64,000 bases of DNA, taken from Octopus vulgaris (Eukaryota). Positions 54,378 through 64,000 of this stretch are shown piece after piece. The DNA is taken from assembly GCA_951406725.2 (NCBI GenBank), contig OX597815.1, positions 104,160,001 through 104,224,000 on the forward strand, written 5' to 3'. Under the pieces are notes generated by a model. That model was not told where the DNA came from. It made no database searches and saw nothing but the letters and a program-made list of their open reading frames with translations. The position numbers and the translations under genes are program-made. The first letter of the stretch is position 1; each line of letters begins with the position of its first letter.

Positions 54378-54560
54378 TTGTAAGCCTAATACTTATTTAT
54401 CGGTTTATCTTTTGCCGAACCGCTAAGTTACGGGTACGTAAACAAGCCAACATCTGCAGTCAAGTGATGGTGTGTGGACAAACACAGACACACAAATACA
54501 TACATATATACAGGACTGAACTCGGAACCATGTGGTTGGGAAGCAAGCTTCTTACCACAC
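54378..54560 (-). mobile_element. SINE, internally deleted
   Basis: tttgccgaaccgctaagttacggg...gaactcggaaccatgtggttgggaagcaagcttcttaccacac. Confidence 0.75.
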
Positions 54561-54668
54561 ACATACACACACACATATAATATATATAGTTGAAATTTAC
54601 ATGGGGAGAGAGACAGGTAGATGGATAGATAGATAGAGAGAGAGAGAGAGAGGAAGATGGATAGATAA

Positions 54669-54758
<90 letters not shown>

Positions 54759-54815
54759 GTGGATATAAATGTATATATGTATGAATGTAAATATATGTGT
54801 ATATATATGTTTGTG

Positions 54816-54856
<41 letters not shown>

Positions 54857-54857
<1 letters not shown>

Positions 54858-55727
54858 GGGGTGTTTCAAAATATTTGATATCATTTTGCAGTCTAATTTA
54901 CCAGCTCTTGTTCAAATGACTTCAAATTTTAACAGCATGTGTAGAAACAGGTCAAAATTTTATGTTTAATGTTTGATATGTTTATCTTTTTAGGTATAGA
55001 TATGCCATTCACTGGAAGAGAAAAGGCATTTTGTGTGTTGGAGTATGCTCGAACACAGTCGAACAAAACTGTGCAACGTGCGTGAGAGAGTTCTCTGAAA
55101 AGTCACCAACGGCAATGCAGATTTGGACATGGCTCAAAAAATTCAAAGAGGAAGGCTGTCTGTGCAGGACAAAAGGTTCAGGACGACCACTAACATCGGA
55201 AGAGATGCTCGAGCAGGTTCCCCAAAAAGTCCATAAGCCCCAAGAAGTCCATAAGAAGAACAAGTCTGGAAACCCAGATTCCTCCAACGATAGTTTGGCG
55301 CGTCCTGAGGAAACGCTTGCTTATGAAACCCTACAAGCTGCAGCTCATTCGGACCATAACGGCAGATGACAAGCGAAAGTGCAAACATGGGGCTATGTGA
55401 AGGGCCTGGTCTATGTCCTCCCTCTTCCTGCAAACCTAGAGGAACTCGAGCAGAGAATCACTACCGCTCTGGAGACTGTTATCCAAGACATGCTGCAACG
55501 TGTTTGGGAGGAGCTGGACTACCGACTTGATGTGTGCCGTGTCTCAGGCGGTGCACATATTGAACATTTGTGAAATCGTTCATGGAATTCACATACCTTT
55601 GAATTTCTCATTCAAATTTGGAGAAATAAATCTTATGTTGCTCAACATTAAGCCTGTTTAGTTTCATTTGCTTTGACTACGTAGTTTCTGTGATATCTCA
55701 AATGATATCAATTTTTTTAAAACATCG
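54857..55727 (+). mobile_element. Tc1/mariner-superfamily element (DUF4817-HTH / Tc3-like), catalytic core deleted
   Basis: TIRs cggggtgtttcaaaatatttgatatcattt / aaatgatatcaatttttttaaaacatcg with TA; N-terminal KAFCVLEYAR..IWTWLKKFKEEGCLC..KGSGRP; C-terminal WGYVKGLVY..LEELEQRI..MLQRVWEELDYRLDVCRVSGGAHIEHL. Confidence 0.88.
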
Positions 55728-58637
55728 TATATATATACACACACACACATACATACATACATATACACACACATTTATATATACGTGTGCATGTGTGTGT
55801 GTGTGTAAAGAGATTGGAAAGAAATCTTTCCTTAGCGTGATTATACTTATATTAAATAATGCTTGCTGAGCTTGCATTAGAAAGACCTTGGGCTCTTTAT
55901 AAGTAAATTATAAAAATACTGCTAGCATTATATGATATCGGTGAAATATCGGTAGGATTTCTTGATGTTTAGTGTTACAACTTTTCTTGGTGTTTAGTGT
56001 TACAACTAAATTATTTGCAAGTGGATTCAGTATCAATTGCTTCTTGTACAGATAAAGTACTAAATATGTTTTTCGTTCACATCAAATATAGAATTTAATG
56101 ATGTACAGCATTCAGATTCAGCAAAAAATATATACAAATTAGATATTGCCACATATTCTAAACTCCTGTGAGGCATCGTTAGGAAAACATACAAAAATTT
56201 AGCTACACCAGCTGCAACATTATCAATACAGATTCAAAGACATTAAACTTCCATTTAAAAACAGCAGATTAGGTGGAACGTCTCCTGATAATTGTACCAT
56301 ACATTAGTTTTAAAGGCTATAAGGATAATTTTGTATCTTGTCATAAGTTGAGATTAATATACCTATCCAAAATTGAATTGAGTTTAGTTCGTAAAGAGTA
56401 TAGGAGTGTCTTTATGTATCATGAGACAATTGAGGCAATGAATCTGCACCTAGAAAGTACTTCTCCAAGATAGATGCTTGGGTAAGGTATTTCATGGAAG
56501 ATCAGCAATTGCCCACACATACAAATCTTCTCTCTCCATGCCAAACGGGAAGACAAGAGCTAGTACAGCTTAGTACCAGTGTTATCATAGGTGCTGCCGT
56601 CTGAATGTGAAGATTGGAACAGAAACTACAAAGCTTCTTCACTCCCAACACTCTAACAACTTCATCAATGGACTGATATTTCATTCATCGAACCTGAGCA
56701 GATGACCTTAGCTGGAATTTAATATAGAAGCCAGGGAGCCAGAATATCGCACGGTAATATGGTCGACGCCTTAACGACTCTGGTAATCCCTTATTTGATG
56801 GGATTAAGTTGAAGATTTGAAACCAGAATATTGTCACAATGAAACTACTGAGTAGTTCGATATTATTGAGAAAGAAATCATTTTGCCGAATAACTACCAT
56901 TTATCCAATACGAAGTAGCTGGTTTTTTATGCATCTATATCTGAATCTGTGTATGTAACACATTGAATCCGAGAACACTAGTTGTTGTCTGTGTCAGCAA
57001 GATTCGAGAAGAGTGTATGTCGTTTGGGTAAGAGGAATCTAATGCTTCCTGGATTGATATGTCATCAGAGAGCGCGAGAGAGGGGGAAAAGAAAGAAAGA
57101 AAGAAAGAAAACTTTTCCAATTCTCTCACTCAGACGAAGTATTAATCCCGAAACTCCTAATTCCTCTTCTCCCCACGGCATAAGAACTCTTCTAAATTCT
57201 CGAACCTTACCTCCATGTGTGGCTGTATGTCTCTGTGTCTGCGTGTATGTGGTGGGGGTGCATTTATGACTGAATCTCCCTTGCGTCAACATGCACCTCC
57301 TTGCAACAATGTAACCTTTAATCTAATCAAGATATCCTTGGCCTGAAAAGTAGCCAGCAGTATAAACCTCACTTGGATTTTGCCACTTCTGAGGTTCCGC
57401 ACGCTATGAAACATATATAGCCCGGATCTTTCCTGCTCCATTCCGTAACTCTTGTCGCCTAGCATGGAATGTAAAAAGAACTTTTTTCAGCTTATCGTTC
57501 TTCGATACGAAAAAATTCACAACCTTCCGTCTCAACAAAGCACTTTTGTCCCTGAAAGTTGTTTTTCTATATTTACTACGGATTGCTTGAAGCTAACTTT
57601 CTTCCTACACCTCGATCCCTGGATCTTACATTTATGTGTGTGTATCCATATATATATATATAGATATATATATATATATCGAGTGGATATGACTATATAC
57701 TTTTGTTCCTTTATTGATGCCTATGCACCATAAAAGCTTCCCTTCATACAATGTATCAATATATGTACTTATCTCTCTACGAATATTTGTGTTTTTTGTT
57801 TTGCTTTTGATCTCTAGTTGTAGGATATTGCCTGATTTAAAGAACCTGTGATGACATGCGTTCTAGCAGTGACTATCCTGTTCTTTTCAGGCAAAAGAGC
57901 CAAATTATTCACTATGTTTCATATATTTTAAAGTAGTAGGGCATCATTTGAGAGATGTTAGGTTACTATTTCTAGGAGGTTAGATGGCCGTGTGAAGGCT
58001 TATTCATTGTATAAGATATGATGAATTGGTAATCATATTTTTTTGTACATGACATATAAATACGTTTGTCTCAACTCGTTTCTCAGCAATCTTTTGTTTT
58101 CTCGTTAGGAACCCAGGTAACCACAGAAAGAAAAGATTAAAAGCTGATCTAGAAACATCAACAACAAAAGAAGACGAAAAAGAATATTATAAAAAGTTTA
58201 GTTCAGAGAAAAAGAGAAGAGAAATACAAAAAAATATCCATTTTAAAGAAAAGGTTATCCATTGAAAGAAAGAAAGGAGGAGACAATGATTGATATAAAC
58301 CGACAGCTAATTAACGAATTTCTTTAAAGGTTTCAACACAATGTAGTCAAGAGGAAAAAGCTAAATGTGATAAATATGCCATTTTGTATTTAAAAGCAAA
58401 TAAAAAATATAGATCAAAATTAGGTGATTGTTTGTTGCTATAGACGCCTATCGTAGTCGCAGTGGATTGTTGCATTGTTGTTTTATTTTTTTTTAATTTT
58501 CGTTTCCTTGTTATGTTTCTTTTTTCTCTTTTTCTGCTGGACTTTGTCAATTCACATTCTTCTTCAACGTTTTTTACAAATATCTTCTTATAGGTACACA
58601 CACAATAATACATACACGTAGACACACACATATATGA

Positions 58638-58735
<98 letters not shown>

Positions 58736-59230
58736 ATATATTTATATATATGCATATATATATAAAGAGATAGAGAGAGAAAGTGAGAAAGTTTGGCGTA
58801 ATCATCACCACTGGATCCTTTTGTAAATGTACTAAAGCAAAATTAATGTTCATTTACTGATTAATGCGTAATAGCATTACGACTTTTAATATTCACATCA
58901 GCAAGAAATTTCCTGTTTGAAGGCATATCTAAGAAAAATGTAAAAACACAAAAACACATAACTGAATCAAGTAATCGAAGTTGTAATTACAGATATTTAT
59001 ACACAATGTTTTTGAAAAAAAAAACCTTAAAAGGAGCATTCTGTACACTCCCAAGCAAAAGAAATTTAAAAGTATAATTCTTGTATTTAAAATCCTTTTT
59101 AAAACATTTTATTATAAAAAAACAATTCAAAACCAACTTATCACCCATTTTCTATATGCACAAATTTTGTCTCTTTAATCATACCTGAGATACTGACCCA
59201 TGATTATCAGGCAATATCTGAAATTTCCTG

Positions 59231-59282
<52 letters not shown>

Positions 59283-59949
59283 CTAAAGGCAACATTTTTA
59301 AAGCCGCTTTTCTCCTAAAATTGCTTTCTAATGTATGAGGAGGAAGTATTACAGCTGTCAGAGCAAATAACCGATTTTAAATTACAATTTCTACTTCATA
59401 TTACTGTGCAAATTTTACAGAAACATCTTTGGTGCAGTTTTCGTTTTGTTTTTTTGTTTTTTTGTTTTTTTTTGGCTGGTTTGTTTGTTTTTCGTGTTGT
59501 TTTTTTCTTCTTGGTGAGAGAGGTAACCCAAAAGTATAAGAATGTATATTTGAATAAGCTTCTGGATGAATCCCTCTTCATTCATATCAATGCGTAAAGT
59601 GATGAGGAAATATATAGAACAAGGTTTTGTTAATTATTGAGCTTTGGAGGAGTGTTCTACTTATTCCTAAAATATTTTCTCACTGAGAAGCCTTTTATTC
59701 ATTGTGGTCATAATGACTGGAAACATGAACAACACGAGAACGCTGCTTTCGACTTGTCAGTTAAGCAAGATGGTACGTATGCAAGATATGTACTGGCAAG
59801 TATTTTCAGGCCTAACATTTAGTCTCGTAGACACGATGTGAAGAACTGAGAGTTAAGTGGGTTGGTATTCATTTTGTTTTCTTCAACATATGTGACAAAT
59901 CTTACAATATGAGCCGGATTTACCAGACAAAATTACCCTTTAGCAAAAG

Positions 59950-60700
59950 GGTCTGCATCCTAAGACATACTAGTGACCACATGGAAGCACAATTCACTAT
60001 AGCTAAGACCAAACTTAGACATATTTTAGAACTATACACTAAGAGACGGAGACAGAATAAGACAGAGGCCCAACAACTCGGGAATATACCCGCATGTGCC
60101 TACGTAAGCTCATGCAGCGCACGAGGAACGGAGAGATGGTATGCCTTCCCACAGATAAGTCCGGCAGGATGTCAATAGACAGCTTGCCGAACTACATCCA
60201 GGCAATGCAACCTCACATCGCCAATACGAAAGTAACAACTTTACAGGCGCATGAGGAGAGAGAAAAGGTCCTCAACGCCCACATGATGATGTGGACAATT
60301 GTTCTTGGACCCCAGAAACGCACAGCTAACAATTTTCGAACCTGGAACGATATCCCGACACTGTATGGACTTCGCAAGGACCACAAGGTAACCACTGATC
60401 CAAACCCAAATACCTGATCCACCGGAACTCAGCTATCGCGGACAATGCCAAATTCAATATACTGATGGCAGACCTCGTCAGAGTAATGCGAAATGTGTCC
60501 CGCATGTGCGACCCTACAGAGTTAAAGATACACATACAACATTTCTTAACGATAGGCATGGGATTTGCCCACTCTATAGGAGCAAGTCATGGAACACCAT
60601 TGAAAGGACTAAGAAGAAAATAGAGAAGGCCAACTCATGGTATGATAGCCACAAATACCAGAGTATCATGTTCGTCGACACCAACCCTCTCCAATGCCGT
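59950..60700 (+). pseudogene. Penelope-like retroelement RT relic (internally deleted)
   Basis: VCLPTDKSGRMSID...NDIPTLYGLRKDHK (PLE DKG / LYGLPKIHK-type motifs), followed by thumb-like PLYRSKSW...WY...YQSIMFVD. Confidence 0.7.
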
Positions 60701-62249
60701 TGACTGTTCACCCATTAAACTGTACTTGATAAAAAGGAGACATAGAAAACCGTCAATTTTAGTCTGAAGATACCAAGAAGATTCGGTCAAGGTTCTCAAT
60801 CATAAATTCTTGAAAAAGTTTAAGGAATTCAGTTAATTAAACCGCCTCTGATACTTGACTGATATCTATTTTGTCTATAGATGTCGGAAGGATAAAAAGT
60901 AAAATTAACTTACGCTGGGTTTGAATTCAATACATAAAGTTTTCGAAATTATGTACCGCTAGGCATTTTGTCTGATGCTCTAACTAATACGCCTGGAAAC
61001 TTCTGGAAACTACTAGTTTATTATTATTTTACACATTTATTTTCTGCAATTATTAATTTATTTTTTCAAGAATAGAATAATAATTTCTGTTGTCTAGACA
61101 TGGTATCTATTTATTGAGGAGGTTAACAGCTTAAATTAGCTCTGTCTATTGATTTCTATTCACTTGAGAAAAGTCTTCCTACACACAAAAGAGAGAAAAC
61201 ACGTTCAATTAAACAACCCTACTCCTCAGTGTACTACTGGCACTTAATTCATCGATAACAGTCAATGAAACTCAAAGTCGATTGCGGAAAGAACTAAATA
61301 CTTGAAGAAACTTGTGAACTCTGTACCGTTACTATAAACCCACTGGTAACAAGAGATTCTCTACACAGACGATTAACATGCAAGAAATAGCAACAAAATC
61401 TACCTCAAGTAACACCATGCTGTCTTGGACTCATTGGATAATGTGAACGTGGATTCCACGACTGAGAAAATATCGAAGAGTCACGGTTGAGAAAATACTG
61501 GAAGGTCGCAGATCAGACTGACAAGGGATTAGACAACAACAACAACAACAACAACAACACAGTACACTATCCAATTTATTTCTGTTAGTTATTTTTATTC
61601 GAATCAATAGATGAAAAGTCGATCGTTATATGATTTAAACAGAAAGCTGAAGCCTCAAACAAAATTCAGCCATGCGTCAAAATTAGCGTTACATTGTTTA
61701 CTTCAATTCATTCAATATAACAGAAAATATCATCATAGAACCATACAACTAAAATACTGCTCGAAATAGCGTACGTTTCCCTCAAATCCCACCCTAACAT
61801 CTTAAAAGTGCATAAATACATTGGACAAAATATATCTTTGATTAAAGTAATTATGAAGATGAAGAAGTGCAACCTTGAGATATTTCGCGACTGCATTAAT
61901 GATGTAAGAGGAAGAAGACGACTACAGCAGGAAATCGAAAGTATTTCCTGCATTCAACCAACAGGAAGTTTAATATTTATCAATAATGTTTATTTGCAGA
62001 GTTGATCCATGAGCAAACGTCGGTAGAGAGTCGAACGCTAATTTTGGATATTTGGCTACTTGCCTTTTAATTTTCTGAATCTGTAATATAAACACCACTC
62101 AAGCGTTAGGGTCGATGCAATCCATTACAACTTCCCCGAAGAAGTTGTAGCCTTATACCAAGAAATAATTACTGATTTCTTATATTAATCGAAGGCATCA
62201 AACTGCAGCTTCAATTTATATATACGCACATATACGCGTGCGCGCATGG

Positions 62250-62297
<48 letters not shown>

Positions 62298-62434
62298 CGT
62301 TTTGGGATTTGGTTTGCAAGATTCTTTACATGAGTTCATGTTTTGAAGCATATTCTGTTGTGTCTGGGGAGAGTCATTTTCTTTTTTGCCTTATAATTTA
62401 ACACACTCACCGGTAAAATTTTCTCTTATTTCTT

Positions 62435-62522
<88 letters not shown>

Positions 62523-62659
62523 ATGCAGACCCTCAGCTACATTATTAATTTAAAATTGCAGCCTGAGGCCTTGATACTGTGTTAAAATTTAGAAATTATA
62601 TTTTCTAGCATAAGGATATGTCAATATCATGGATATGTCATGGATATGTCATGGATACT

Positions 62660-63960
62660 AGTGTCACTACGCATGACTAAGGTCTCAATGTGTTGTCAGA
62701 ATCATTAAAACATTATTACATGGTCCAAACTCGATAAGACCTGAACTAACCATTATAGTCACAAACAGAATTTTAAGTTATCGACAGGGTTATTCCAAGG
62801 TAACATTCTTGACTGCAATTCTTTTTATTCTAGTAGTGAACCCTTTCTCATCTATGTTGAAGAAATTCAAAAGCTACAAGTTAGGATTTACAGAAGAGAG
62901 AAAAATTAATGTTTCCTACGACCTGTGAATGACGCTAAGCTGTATTCAAGTTCTATTTATAACAGCAAGAGACAGTAAGTACTGGTCAGAATATTCTCAC
63001 GAGACACAGGAATAGATTTGGCTAGAATAGCGTTTCATATTTAGTAGTCAATCGATGAAAGATTGTTGTCTAGACTTAGAACATTATTGGGATATCTGTC
63101 TCCCCTATCTCTAATGATGAATGCAACAAATTCTTGGAAGTGACAAGAGTATTGCATTCATTGATTAGAGTTATAAAGGAATATTTTAACAAGCTACGGA
63201 AGGTATGGAAGTCAGTGCTTCTAGCTTTCAATAATGATAGTACAAGCATTCGGGATAGAATAGACACTTCAAGGGATCTATAACTTTCACATTAAGATAA
63301 GGAATATACTAATCTCTACTGGTAAGCAGCTCAATATCAACATTGACATTGACTGGATGTATGGTAAGCGGTGGGGTGGGGGCTGAGGTAAAGGCATAAT
63401 GTCAGTCCAAGCGGCCTTTGAAGCTGTATCTTATCTCTCAGATAACACTATTGAAGAGTAAAGGGGAAAATAATACATCTCATCTGATTCAGTAGTGGTA
63501 AAAAAATTACATTATGCGAGTTGGCTAAGAACTCGTGAATTGACAATCTGTGTACAGCGCTTAAATGCGTAGCAAAAGTAATTAGTTTAGCCTACTTAAA
63601 CAGAAACCTAATGAAGAAACACTCAATATATCAGTAGAGAGTTATACAAAGGTGTATATCCCATGGGCTAGATACCAACTTTGACTGGATGAGAAGCATC
63701 TCCTTCACCAGACAGAAAAGCATCGCACCCAACCTAGAAGGATCAAGGAATAATCACCATTTTCCTGGTCGATTAGAAGATTAAAATACCTTCAAATCTT
63801 CTCGCTGTAATAGAATATGGCGATTGTGCCATACCAGTGTAGAGGATATTCACACAGTCGGCAGCCGTCAAATATTATCAGCAAAGTACTACCTCCTTAT
63901 GCCAAAACAATTTACAGTGCTAAGCTTCACAAGCGCACTCAAGAACCAAACTGTACCACC
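62660..63960 (+). pseudogene. Highly decayed R4/Dong-like LINE RT relic
   Basis: GLFQGNIL..ILFILVVNPFSSMLKK..Y.LG resembles GIFQGDSLSPLLF..AL.PLS of RLE-type RTs; the downstream extent is uncertain. Confidence 0.5.
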
Positions 63961-64000
63961 AACTTTAAAGGTATATATATTATTGTTGGAAAATTCCTAT

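Noticed and set aside
57125-57160. cagacgaagtattaatcccgaaactcc, hammerhead-like
   Set aside because: Core and all stems are too degenerate to support.

Overview
AT-rich, repeat-saturated eukaryotic non-coding DNA. The SINE families, microsatellite load and TE mix point to a cephalopod, probably Octopus (inference). No host protein-coding exon, rRNA, tRNA gene or CRISPR array can be supported, and most listed ORFs are translations of (TA)n/(CA)n/(TATG)n/(GATA)n/(ATT)n tracts. Mobile-element content: three mariner elements, three maT/Tc1-like elements, a DUF4817-type Tc1 derivative, a Tc1-type MITE, a 5'-truncated CR1-like LINE with an open 330-aa RT C-terminus nested at the 5' end of a near-full-length degenerate R4/Dong-clade LINE, relics of RTE, CR1, Penelope, Helitron and hAT elements, and about 17 tRNA-derived SINE copies. 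Most notable signals: (i) dispersed minimal hammerhead-ribozyme-like motifs, two with a non-canonical CCGAAGA core, one inside a perfect 84-bp hairpin and one pair in tandem about 285 bp apart; (ii) a 1.75-kb foldback inverted repeat; (iii) a possible HDV-like ribozyme at the Dong 5' end, split by the CR1 insertion. All calls are by eye and most boundaries are approximate.
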